IMG/VR virus record: IMGVR_UViG_3300021135_000003
Strand: one strand, 5' to 3'
DNA length: 64,000 nt
DNA from: a virus
Under the pieces are notes generated by a model. That model was not told the origin of the DNA and made no database searches. It saw nothing but the letters and a program-made list of their open reading frames with translations. Shown one piece after another: positions 10,200 to 18,352 of the stretch. A program made the translations under genes and the position numbers. How positions within the stretch are numbered: position 1 is the first letter of the stretch; each line of letters opens with the position of its first letter.

Positions 10200-10649
10200 A
10201 TGTTGAAATTCGCTGACCTGAGTATGGCTCAAAAGAAATGTGTTGTTGCTTTGATTGAAGCCCAACCATCTCTAAAAAAGAATAGCAAGATCTCTTTGAA
10301 AGAAGTTGTTGCTATCACCCAAGATTTGGCTAAAAAGCGTAGTGCTGGTGCGCCAAAGATTGGATATCCTAACTGGTTGTTCAAGAGCAATAAACTTGAG
10401 CGTGGTTTGTATCAGTTGCCAGTTCCTACTGAAACTGAACTCTCTACTTACGCTAAAGATTTGAACAACAAACCTTCTTCTAAGAAGATTGTAAAGAACA
10501 AGAAAGTAGTTAAGGTAGCCAAGACTGCTTCTACTACTGATCTTTCTGAGACCACTCGTCTTGAAAAGATTATCAATGATTCTGTTGAAGTTGACCAAGA
10601 TACGGAAGACTTCAATCAGATCTTACGTGAAAACGGCATTACTGTTTAA
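10200..10649 (+). CDS. Basic hypothetical protein, possibly DNA-binding
   Basis: Lys-rich ORF with AAAGGA SD; its P.WL…K..RGLY motif resembles the N-terminus of the upstream CobS-like protein. Confidence 0.6.
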   Translation: MLKFADLSMAQKKCVVALIEAQPSLKKNSKISLKEVVAITQDLAKKRSAGAPKIGYPNWLFKSNKLERGLYQLPVPTETELSTYAKDLNNKPSSKKIVKNKKVVKVAKTASTTDLSETTRLEKIINDSVEVDQDTEDFNQILRENGITV

Positions 10650-10661
10650 TCACGTGTTTGA

Positions 10662-10700
10662 GTCAGAGGGGTCACTGCCATCTCCCCTCTGACCTTTTTT
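10662..10700 (+). terminator. Rho-independent terminator-like hairpin
   Basis: GTCAGAGGGG / CCCCTCTGAC 10-bp stem followed by a T run. Confidence 0.65.
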
Positions 10701-10740
10701 ATTTTATGATGGTTCGTTAATTATGGAGTTTTCTCTTATT

Positions 10741-11001
10741 ATGTCTAAACAACAAACGCTGTTGAAACACCTCTCAGCTGGTAAAGCATTTACTGCAAAG
10801 CAAATCAAAGCATCTTTTGGTATTGCTCACCCAGCTTCCTCAATCCGTAACCTACGTGAACAAGGTTACTGCGTATACGCAAACCCTGCTGTTGTTAATG
10901 GCGCAGAAGTAGTTAAGTATCGCATTGGTAAGCCAACTCGTGCTATGGTTGCTCTTGCTGCTGCAATCAAAGGTTCATCTGTATTCACTCGTACAGTATA
11001 A
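10741..11001 (+). CDS. Small winged-helix/HTH protein
   Basis: L..L..GK.FTAKQI…FGIAHPASSIRNLREQGY.V winged-HTH pattern. Confidence 0.7.
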   Translation: MSKQQTLLKHLSAGKAFTAKQIKASFGIAHPASSIRNLREQGYCVYANPAVVNGAEVVKYRIGKPTRAMVALAAAIKGSSVFTRTV

Positions 11002-11014
11002 TTAAGTGAGTTAT

Positions 11015-11042
11015 AAATGGATATTCTTCGGAGTATCCATTT
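11015..11042 (+). terminator. UUCG-tetraloop hairpin (terminator or stabiliser)
   Basis: AAATGGATATTC-TTCG-GAGTATCCATTT; C(UUCG)G loops are typical of T4-like phages. Confidence 0.7.
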
Positions 11043-11064
11043 GTCGTTTCATTTGGAGAAATGT

Positions 11065-11166
11065 ATGATTGAGATTATTTTAGGTATTACCTTCCTTATT
11101 ATTATTGCTGTAGTTTGTAAAGGGATTTCCTGTATGAAAAACCATAGTGAAACATTGGAGGATTGA
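11065..11166 (+). CDS. 33-aa membrane micro-protein (not in ORF track)
   Basis: GGAG SD; MIEIILGITFLIIIAVVCKG… hydrophobic helix; stop overlaps the next ATG. Confidence 0.45.
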   Translation: MIEIILGITFLIIIAVVCKGISCMKNHSETLED

Positions 11167-11555
11167 TGTCAAAAGTAAAAATTCAAGATGCTCCATTTAC
11201 TGGACAGTTTTCAAAGCAACAGATTCAAGATGCTATTAAAGAATCACAGAACGCCACTACTGGTGGTAGAAAATTTGATGGTGGTAAACTGCAATATGGT
11301 TTACTGCCACCACTCGCATTAAAAGCGACTGTAGAAATTCTAACATTTGGCGCAGAGAAATATGAGCCAGATAATTGGAAACATGTGCCTGATTCAAAAC
11401 GTAGATACTTTGACGCAATGCAAAGACATCTTTGGGCATGGAAAGAGGAAGAGCAAAACGATCCCGAAACTGGCAAGAACCATTTGGCGCATGCAATGTG
11501 CTGCTTAATGTTTTTGTATGAGCATGATGTAAAGTATTCTAAGGAAACCAAATGA
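11166..11555 (+). CDS. DUF5664 / dATP-dGTP diphosphohydrolase-like protein
   Basis: GRKFDGGKLQYGLLP…LTFGAEKY..DNW…RHL.AW…DPETG..HLAHA.CC..FL pattern. Confidence 0.8.
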   Translation: MSKVKIQDAPFTGQFSKQQIQDAIKESQNATTGGRKFDGGKLQYGLLPPLALKATVEILTFGAEKYEPDNWKHVPDSKRRYFDAMQRHLWAWKEEEQNDPETGKNHLAHAMCCLMFLYEHDVKYSKETK

Positions 11556-11905
11556 CCATCGAACAATGGATTTATGCAGCAACAGCATGGGGAATTTTAA
11601 TTGCTATTATATATGGTAAAACTGGGTATCAAAACGTATTCAATTGTTACAAAATGTGGACAACAAAAGAATACTGGACTAATTATAACACAGTCGAGTT
11701 TCTTTCTTGGGCTGCAAAGGCAATTATTATTATTCCAGGATTGATTTGGGGTATTCAACTTTGGTGGTTATATATCCTAACACTTGGTACAAGTCTTTCT
11801 TTAATTTGGGCGAGTAATAAGAAATTACTTCCAACCCTAGTAGGATTTAATACTATTTGGGCATGGATTAGTTGCATGGTTATTGTTCAACATTTAGTCA
11901 AATAA
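11552..11905 (+). CDS. Small integral membrane protein
   Basis: Three to four hydrophobic, Trp-rich helices. Confidence 0.6.
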   Translation: MTIEQWIYAATAWGILIAIIYGKTGYQNVFNCYKMWTTKEYWTNYNTVEFLSWAAKAIIIIPGLIWGIQLWWLYILTLGTSLSLIWASNKKLLPTLVGFNTIWAWISCMVIVQHLVK

Positions 11906-11907
11906 AT

Positions 11908-11936
11908 TTGTCAAAAAGCCACTTTTAGGGTATAAT
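11908..11936 (+). promoter_or_regulatory. Sigma70-type promoter for the clamp/clamp-loader region
   Basis: TTGTCA-N17-TATAAT. Confidence 0.6.
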
Positions 11937-11977
11937 GAATTATACATATTATTATACCAAACAAAAAGGAGTTAATA

Positions 11978-12154
11978 ATGGAACATGTATATGTGCGTTG
12001 CCCAATGGATGGAACACAGAATCAAAAGTTTTGTGGTCTAGTTGAACACTATAAATCAAATGGAAATATTGATGAATGTCCACATCTCCAAGAGTGTAGT
12101 GAAATTAAAAATTATGTTATCAATGAAGAAGGAAAATTAAATGAAATTAAGTAA
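11978..12154 (+). CDS. 58-aa Cys-containing hypothetical protein (not in ORF track)
   Basis: AAGGAG SD; MEHVYVRCPMDGTQNQKFC…ECPHLQEC. Confidence 0.5.
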   Translation: MEHVYVRCPMDGTQNQKFCGLVEHYKSNGNIDECPHLQECSEIKNYVINEEGKLNEIK

Positions 12155-12797
12155 AGAAACTGTAGGTCTAATTAAGAACTTTGCTGGTATCAATAGCAAT
12201 TTGCTTTTGAAGGCTGGTAATAAATTGGCCACTATCTCGGCTCAGAAAAACGTAATGGCTGATGCAGTTGTTACTGAAACTTTCCCAGACTTTGGTATCT
12301 ATGACCTCAATGAGTTCCTCGGTGCCATGTCTTTGTTCGATGATCCAGAATTGACATTCAATGACAAGTGGGTTACTATTGAACAAGGTGGCAACAGTAT
12401 TAAATACTTTGCAGCTGAAGCAAGCGTATTGACTGCTCCACAAAAAGCGATTACCTTCCCAGATCCAGAAATTGAATTTAATATGAGCGCAAATATGCTC
12501 AGCATGATTCAACGTACTGCTTCTGTATTGCGTGCTTCTGATGTATCTATCGTTGGTGATGGTTCAACTATGAGCGTAGTTGTTGGTGATAAAAAGAATG
12601 CCACTGGTAACTCATATAACTCTACTGTTGGTTCAAGTGACAAGAAATTCAAAGTTAATTTGAAAGTAGAAAACCTAAAAATGATTCCAGGTGATTATGC
12701 TGTTAGTGTTTCCAGTAAGAAGATCTCTCGCTTCAAAGGTGCTGGTGATTTGGTTTATTATGTAGCAGTTGAGGCAGATTCATCATTCGAGTTTTAA
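12141..12797 (+). CDS. gp45: Sliding clamp gp45
   Basis: MKLSKET..LIKNFA.IN…FGIYDLNEFL…ENLKMIPGDY.V…YYVAVE. Confidence 0.95.
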   Translation: MKLSKETVGLIKNFAGINSNLLLKAGNKLATISAQKNVMADAVVTETFPDFGIYDLNEFLGAMSLFDDPELTFNDKWVTIEQGGNSIKYFAAEASVLTAPQKAITFPDPEIEFNMSANMLSMIQRTASVLRASDVSIVGDGSTMSVVVGDKKNATGNSYNSTVGSSDKKFKVNLKVENLKMIPGDYAVSVSSKKISRFKGAGDLVYYVAVEADSSFEF

Positions 12798-12798
12798 T

Positions 12799-14268
12799 AT
12801 GAAGAACATTATTGTTCTTGGTGGCGGAACAGCTGGGTTAATCTCTGCTATCACTTTAAAGAAAACTTTTCCCGATTATTCAATTAAAGTTATTGAATCC
12901 GATAACATTGGAATCATCGGTGTTGGAGAAGGATCAACTGAACATTGGAGACGATGGGTTGAATATTGTGGTTTAGACATTAGAAATTTAATTAGAGAAA
13001 CTGATGCTGCATTAAAGAAAGGTATCAAATTTGAAAACTGGAATGGTGATGGTAAAAGTTATTTCCACTCACTTGGTGGATTATGGTATCCTTACAATCA
13101 ACCAGTTAATGAAAATGAGTTTGTAAAATCTTTAATTATTTCAAATATTAAAACTGAAGATGTTTTAGTTGACACGAATTTAATTGATTCAAAATCTGGA
13201 ATTTTTAGTGTCAATCAATTTCATTTTAATACATTCAAGTTAAATGTTTATTTACATAAGGTTTGTGAAGAACGTGGCATTGAAGTAACAAATGATACAA
13301 TCTCCAATGTTACACTATCGCCTACTGGCGATGTTGCCTCTATTGTTGGAGAGAATGCTGAGTATTTTGCGGATTTCTTTATTGATAGTAGCGGATTTAA
13401 AAGGGTTATTGCTTCAGCAGTTGGAGCGAAGTTTATTTCCTATAAAAAATATCTTCCAATGAATCATGCATTAGCATTTCCAACTGATGATGTATCAGAT
13501 CTTAAACCATACACACTATCTCGTGCCCTCTCTTCTGGATGGAATTGGAGAATATCTACACAGGGTAGGTACGGTAATGGTTATGTTTTCTGTGATGACT
13601 TTATTGACTCAACAAAAGCCCATGATGAAGTTCAATCATTTTATACTGAACAAGTTAATGTCGCCAAAGATATTAGATTTGAAGCTGGTCGTGTAGATAA
13701 ATTTTGGATTAATAATGTAGTTTCTGTCGGTTTATCTGCATCATTTGTTGAACCTTTAGAAGCATCTAGTATCGGCAACTCAATATTGCAAGCATTTGGT
13801 ATATGCGAAATGTTAGGGGACTGGGTTGAAGACAGATCAGTATGCAACAAATACAATGATACCTTTACTAAGTGTTTTGACAATATAGTTGATTTTGTTC
13901 AGTTACATTATATCACTAAACGTAAAGATACTTTGTTTTGGCAAACATTACCAGAGATGATGACGCAGACTGATTTTATTAAAGATCATCTTGAACATTT
14001 CAAACGAAATATGCCATCCCAGCATTATTTTTCTGGTTTCTATAATATGTTTAATGCACCAAATTGGGCTCAGGTAATGGCTGGTCTTGATTTGTATGAA
14101 AAAGAACATATGAAATATAATTTGATTAATACTCATGGTAAGGGTATAATTGAAAACCAGTTGACTGAATATGATAAGTATCTTTCTGAATTGGAAACTG
14201 AGTCGTGGATTGAACATAAAGTTTTACTATCCCAAAATAATATTGTAGTAAAAATTGACCGTAATTAA
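12799..14268 (+). CDS. Flavin-dependent (tryptophan-type) halogenase
   Basis: GGGTAG FAD motif, IGVGEGS, K.GIKFENW with the catalytic-position Lys, FIDSSGF, WNWRI, FVEPLEASSI. Confidence 0.88.
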   Translation: MKNIIVLGGGTAGLISAITLKKTFPDYSIKVIESDNIGIIGVGEGSTEHWRRWVEYCGLDIRNLIRETDAALKKGIKFENWNGDGKSYFHSLGGLWYPYNQPVNENEFVKSLIISNIKTEDVLVDTNLIDSKSGIFSVNQFHFNTFKLNVYLHKVCEERGIEVTNDTISNVTLSPTGDVASIVGENAEYFADFFIDSSGFKRVIASAVGAKFISYKKYLPMNHALAFPTDDVSDLKPYTLSRALSSGWNWRISTQGRYGNGYVFCDDFIDSTKAHDEVQSFYTEQVNVAKDIRFEAGRVDKFWINNVVSVGLSASFVEPLEASSIGNSILQAFGICEMLGDWVEDRSVCNKYNDTFTKCFDNIVDFVQLHYITKRKDTLFWQTLPEMMTQTDFIKDHLEHFKRNMPSQHYFSGFYNMFNAPNWAQVMAGLDLYEKEHMKYNLINTHGKGIIENQLTEYDKYLSELETESWIEHKVLLSQNNIVVKIDRN

Positions 14269-14280
14269 ATAATGGAGTAA

Positions 14281-15237
14281 GTGATGATTGATTTTCGTGA
14301 TGACCAATTTCTTTGGGTAGAAAAATATCGCCCACAGAAAATTGATGACTGTGTTCTTCCTGAATCTTTGAAAGAAACTTTTAAGCAATATGTAACTCAG
14401 GGTGAACTACCTCATTTCCTTCTTTCTGGAACTGCAGGGGTGGGCAAAACTACCATTGCCAAAGCACTCTGTAATGAGATTGGTGCTGAATATATTATGC
14501 TTAATGGTTCAGATACTGGGGGTCATATTGATACCCTTAGAACTCAGATCAAGGGATTTGCTTCAACAGTATCCCTAACTGATTCACCAAAGATAGTTAT
14601 TATGGATGAGGCAGATTTTCTTCAGGCAAACTCTACTCAGCCAGCCTTGCGTGCATTTATTGAAGAGTTCTCCGCTAATTGTCGTTTCATCTTTACTTGT
14701 AATTTTAAGAATAAGATTTTAGAAGCGATTCATTCTCGTTGCGTTTGTATCGATTTTAAGATTGACGCAAAAGATAAACAAGTGATGTTAACTCAATTCT
14801 TTAAACGTGCAACGCAAATTCTTAAACAAGAGAATGTTGACTTTGATCAGAAAGTAGTTGCTGAACTAATTACTAAACACTTTCCAGATTATCGTAGAGT
14901 TTTAAACGAACTTCAGCGTTATAGTGTTTCAGGTAAGATTGATTCTGGTATTCTAGTTAATATGAGTCAGGAATCTTTCAAAGATCTAATTAAGATGATG
15001 AAAGAAAAAGATTTTACTAATGTGCGTAAATGGGTTGGTAAAAATTCTGATTCAGATACAGTTGCTCTGTTTCGTGAACTTTATGACACGTCAGTAACAT
15101 ATATGGTTCCAGAAAGTATTCCCTCATTGGTTTTGGTTCTTGCTGATTATCAATACAAAGCAGCATTCGTTGCTGATCATGAACTGAATATTATGGCAGC
15201 ATTGACTGAGATTATGGCCAACTGTAAATTCAAGTGA
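14281..15237 (+). CDS. gp44: Clamp loader large subunit gp44
   Basis: LWVEKYRP, GTAGVGKTT, DEAD, SRC motifs. Confidence 0.95.
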   Translation: MMIDFRDDQFLWVEKYRPQKIDDCVLPESLKETFKQYVTQGELPHFLLSGTAGVGKTTIAKALCNEIGAEYIMLNGSDTGGHIDTLRTQIKGFASTVSLTDSPKIVIMDEADFLQANSTQPALRAFIEEFSANCRFIFTCNFKNKILEAIHSRCVCIDFKIDAKDKQVMLTQFFKRATQILKQENVDFDQKVVAELITKHFPDYRRVLNELQRYSVSGKIDSGILVNMSQESFKDLIKMMKEKDFTNVRKWVGKNSDSDTVALFRELYDTSVTYMVPESIPSLVLVLADYQYKAAFVADHELNIMAALTEIMANCKFK

Positions 15238-15244
15238 GGCTGAT

Positions 15245-15574
15245 ATGACATTATATGATTATTTGATATGGATTGTTGTTTGGATTATGGGTGCTGTATA
15301 TGGATGGTATGCTAGAGAACGTCATGCAAAAAGAACTATCGAGCGTTTTGTTACAGAGATAATGCCAAAGGTTGAAGAACAATCTGATTCCCGCATCCAC
15401 GTTTCAATTGAAAAACATAATGGTGTATTTTATGTTTATGATAAAATACAAAATGAATTTATGGCTCAAGGTAAAACTCGTAGAGAGTTAGAAGATGCTC
15501 TTGCAAAAAGATATCCAAATAAATATTTTGCCGCAACAACAGAAGATCTAAGGGTACTCAATGAGTCCCTTTGA
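15245..15574 (+). CDS. Hypothetical protein with N-terminal TM helix
   Basis: Hydrophobic N-terminus; FMAQG motif. Confidence 0.55.
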   Translation: MTLYDYLIWIVVWIMGAVYGWYARERHAKRTIERFVTEIMPKVEEQSDSRIHVSIEKHNGVFYVYDKIQNEFMAQGKTRRELEDALAKRYPNKYFAATTEDLRVLNESL

Positions 15575-15944
15575 TTTTTTAAATGCAATTAATTTTACCA
15601 AAGAAGATTTGTTTGAAAAGGATCCGCAAGCAGGTAAAGATTATAAACCTTTCATTATAAATAGAGGGTTATCGTATTTCCCCGATACCGTATTCTATGC
15701 TAACCAGATGAATCAACATGCTGGTTTAGATAAGGATATGCAGTTTTTCTTTTTCCTAAATATTATTTCGAGGAAAAAGAGATTTAGTAAGTGGTCTAAA
15801 AAAGACGCTGAAACGGAATCTCTTGAACTCGTTAAAGAGTATTATGGGTATTCAAGTGAGAAGGCGACAGAAGCATTAAAAGTGCTGTCCGAAGAGAACT
15901 TGATTATGATAAAAGAGAAACTATATAAAGGTGGAAAATCATGA
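15561..15944 (+). CDS. gp62: Clamp loader small subunit gp62
   Basis: PFDFLNAIN..K…Y.PFIINRGLS.F.DT..YAN.MN…KKRFSKW…YYGYS.EKA. Confidence 0.92.
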   Translation: MSPFDFLNAINFTKEDLFEKDPQAGKDYKPFIINRGLSYFPDTVFYANQMNQHAGLDKDMQFFFFLNIISRKKRFSKWSKKDAETESLELVKEYYGYSSEKATEALKVLSEENLIMIKEKLYKGGKS

Positions 15945-16360
15945 CTGTTGAAATGATTTATTACGACTGGACGCCAGAGTCCATGCTTGAAGTGGTTTTA
16001 CCTGAGCCTGATAACTTTCTAAAGGTTCGTGAAACTTTGACTCGCATTGGGATTGCTTCTAGGAAAGAAAACAAATTATACCAATCTTGCCATATTTTGC
16101 ATAAGCAAGGTAGGTACTTTATCGTGCACTTCAAAGAACTATTTGCTTTGGACGGTAAAGAATCGAATATCACTGCTGGTGATATTGAGCGCAGGAATGC
16201 TATTTCTGGTTTGCTACAGGATTGGGATCTGTTAAAGATCCTAAATAATACGCAGGCTGAGCAAAAAGCATCTCTGTCTCAAATTAAAGTTGTGTCCTTC
16301 AAAGAGAAAGACCAATGGGAATTAGTACCGAAATATAACATAGGAAAAAAATCAAAATGA
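15941..16360 (+). CDS. regA: Translational repressor RegA
   Basis: PDNFLKVRETLTRIGIAS…LYQSCHILHKQGRYFIVHFKELF.LDG. Confidence 0.96.
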   Translation: MTVEMIYYDWTPESMLEVVLPEPDNFLKVRETLTRIGIASRKENKLYQSCHILHKQGRYFIVHFKELFALDGKESNITAGDIERRNAISGLLQDWDLLKILNNTQAEQKASLSQIKVVSFKEKDQWELVPKYNIGKKSK

Positions 16361-16533
16361 TTAAACTTGAACTTGAAATTAATGAAGTAAATTCTATTCT
16401 TGCCGTATTGGGTAAGCATCCTTTCGAGGAAGTTGTAGCATTGATCCAAAAGATCAAAGTACAAGGCGACCCACAAGCACAAGCAATCGCTGACGCTGAA
16501 GCTGCACAGGCACCAGAAACACCAGCTGTTTAA
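16357..16533 (+). CDS. 58-aa hypothetical protein (not in ORF track)
   Basis: ATG overlaps the regA stop; MIKLELEINEVNSILAVLGKHPFEEV..LIQKIK.QG. Confidence 0.6.
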   Translation: MIKLELEINEVNSILAVLGKHPFEEVVALIQKIKVQGDPQAQAIADAEAAQAPETPAV

Positions 16534-16547
16534 TCAGGAGAAACTAA

Positions 16548-16742
16548 ATGGCAGAACAAGTAAACCCAACAATCGAAGAAATTGAAGCAAAAGATGCTGC
16601 TGCTCGCGCAGAAGCTATTAAGGCTGCAGAAGAAAAAGCTGCTGCTGAACTTGCTGCTCACGTAGCTGCAGTTAAAGCTACTGAAGCTGAGGCTCTTGCT
16701 AAATCTGCCGAACAGTTTCCAGAATATCACGCTGATAAGTAA
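16548..16742 (+). CDS. Ala/Glu-rich helical small protein
   Basis: AGGAG SD; low-complexity EAAAK-like helix. Confidence 0.6.
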   Translation: MAEQVNPTIEEIEAKDAAARAEAIKAAEEKAAAELAAHVAAVKATEAEALAKSAEQFPEYHADK

Positions 16743-16858
16743 TTCACCTTAGGACCGCTAAGTTACGAATCGTTGGTAAAGCTGTCAGTACGTTAAGCTG
16801 TCGCTGGAACCAGTAACCAGCATTTAATCGACATGCCTTCGGGGTGTCAAATTTATAA

Positions 16859-16883
16859 CTCGCTTAATAGGAGAAACACCATG
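16859..16883 (+). promoter_or_regulatory. ROSE-like RNA thermometer hairpin over the hsp20 SD
   Basis: CUCGCU-UAAU-AGGAG: UCGCU pairs with the SD leaving a bulged G. Confidence 0.55.
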
Positions 16884-17381
16884 GGAAATTCATTTCCAAA
16901 CATTGCATTATTTGGTCCAGGATTTAAGGACTTCGACAAATTCTTTGTCGGCTTTGAGGATCACGCAAAACAGTTACAGTCTTTGCATGCTGATCTAACT
17001 AAAAACATTCCAAACTACCCACCTTATAACATTCGCAAGAATGATGAGAACTCATACACAATCGAAATCGCAGTTGCTGGTTTCGGTGAGTCAGAGATCG
17101 ATATTGAGATTGATGGTGGTAAGTTGATTGTTAAGGGTAATGTTGATGCAGCTACTGATGCACTAGAAGATAACTTCTTGTTCAAAGGTATTGCTACTCG
17201 TGCATTTACTCGTGCATTTGCTATCGATGATCATATCGAAGTTAAGAACGCAGAACTATTTAATGGTATGCTTAAAATCGCTTTGGAGCGTTTAGTTCCA
17301 GAAGAACAGAAGCCAAAGAAAGTTCCAGTAAAGACAACTGGCAAAAAAGAATTTTTGACTGAAGGAAATACAAATGACTAA
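16881..17381 (+). CDS. hsp20: Small heat-shock protein (Hsp20/IbpA family)
   Basis: NYPPYNI…IEIAVAGF…FKGIATRAFTRAF…V..AEL.NGML.I.L. Confidence 0.95.
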   Translation: MGNSFPNIALFGPGFKDFDKFFVGFEDHAKQLQSLHADLTKNIPNYPPYNIRKNDENSYTIEIAVAGFGESEIDIEIDGGKLIVKGNVDAATDALEDNFLFKGIATRAFTRAFAIDDHIEVKNAELFNGMLKIALERLVPEEQKPKKVPVKTTGKKEFLTEGNTND

Positions 17382-17481
17382 CATTCTAAAATCTATTAAG
17401 GGATTTGTTGTGGAAGTTATTGCGTGTATTCAAGAAGCAAAAAGAATTCAAGCACAGGAGTACACAAAATGGCACTCCTAA
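17374..17481 (+). CDS. 35-aa micro-protein
   Basis: Overlaps the hsp20 stop and the next start; AAGGA SD. Confidence 0.4.
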   Translation: MTNILKSIKGFVVEVIACIQEAKRIQAQEYTKWHS

Positions 17482-17615
17482 AATTGATTAGTAAATTATT
17501 TCCAAAACAACAATCATCTCTTGAACAATTTATCGTAAGTAAACGACCACTTAATGCTGCAGATGTAGAGCATTGGACTCGTAGATATTACGAAGGTCAA
17601 GCAAGGGGATTATAA
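17469..17615 (+). CDS. Small hypothetical protein
   Basis: AGGAG SD; LEQFIVSKRP…DVEHW.R.Y. Confidence 0.55.
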   Translation: MALLKLISKLFPKQQSSLEQFIVSKRPLNAADVEHWTRRYYEGQARGL

Positions 17616-17695
17616 TGTGTAATTGGATTCCAATGACCGATGATGATTGGGATTGGGTTAATGGTAAAGTACCAGTAACTCCTAACCAAAAATAA
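17615..17695 (+). CDS. 26-aa Trp/Asp-rich micro-peptide
   Basis: TAATG coupling; MCNWIPMTDDDWDWVNGKVPVTPNQK. Confidence 0.35.
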   Translation: MCNWIPMTDDDWDWVNGKVPVTPNQK

Positions 17696-17705
17696 TCATA
17701 GCAAG

Positions 17706-17729
17706 TAGGGGGACTTTCGGGTTCCCCTA
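17706..17729 (+). terminator. Hairpin ending the hsp20 unit
   Basis: TAGGGGGAC-TTTCGG-GTTCCCCTA. Confidence 0.65.
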
Positions 17730-17739
17730 AATACTTGTT

Positions 17740-17946
17740 ATGATGAAAGCAAAACTATCACCAAACCTCATATCCTTCTTTCTGGTTCGCAGAGGGAATT
17801 GGACATTGAAAGTTTCGGTGTACAAGAATAAGCAGATTCTAGTTTTAATGCAACACGTATATGATATGGATAAAATTATTATGGAATATTTCCAGAGTCA
17901 AGACGAAGCAGCAAATTTTATTGAACACATGATAGAGGAAGTATAA
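17740..17946 (+). CDS. Hypothetical protein
   Basis: 68-aa ORF coupled to the next gene. Confidence 0.55.
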   Translation: MMKAKLSPNLISFFLVRRGNWTLKVSVYKNKQILVLMQHVYDMDKIIMEYFQSQDEAANFIEHMIEEV

Positions 17947-18248
17947 TGATTAAAGTTTTTAAACTATTGAATGGTGAAGAGATTATCGCCAAGACTGAAT
18001 TAACTGAATTTGGTTATACATTAAGCGATCCCGCTGCAATCGTAATTCAACAAACAGAAAAAGGTGTTGGTGTTGGACTTGCTCCATACATGCCTTACGC
18101 TGAAAGCGACATTATCCTTTACGCTACCGCAATCGCTACTGAAGGTATTCCAGCCCCAAACATGGCGAACGAATATAACCGAATCTTTGGCTCGGGTATC
18201 GAGGTCGTTTCCGCCAGTGCCCTGAGTGGTCTAAAGATCGTCTCTTAG
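17946..18248 (+). CDS. Conserved T4-like hypothetical protein (Sm-like fold likely)
   Basis: MIKVFKLLNGEEIIA…P…Y.RIFGSGI; similar start to the ORF at 834. Confidence 0.65.
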   Translation: MIKVFKLLNGEEIIAKTELTEFGYTLSDPAAIVIQQTEKGVGVGLAPYMPYAESDIILYATAIATEGIPAPNMANEYNRIFGSGIEVVSASALSGLKIVS

Positions 18249-18352
18249 GACGTGCCAAAACGATCGTAGAGACGTTTTTCGGCTCCCAATAGGGGTTTAC
18301 CCACCCCTACCTCTCCGACCTCCCTACGGTCTCCTACGCCCTCTCTCGGGCT

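Noticed and set aside
11166-11555. 2-aminoadenine (Z) or 7-deazaguanine genome
   Set aside because: No purZ, queC/D/E, folE or dpdA is present in the window; the hydrolase alone is insufficient evidence.
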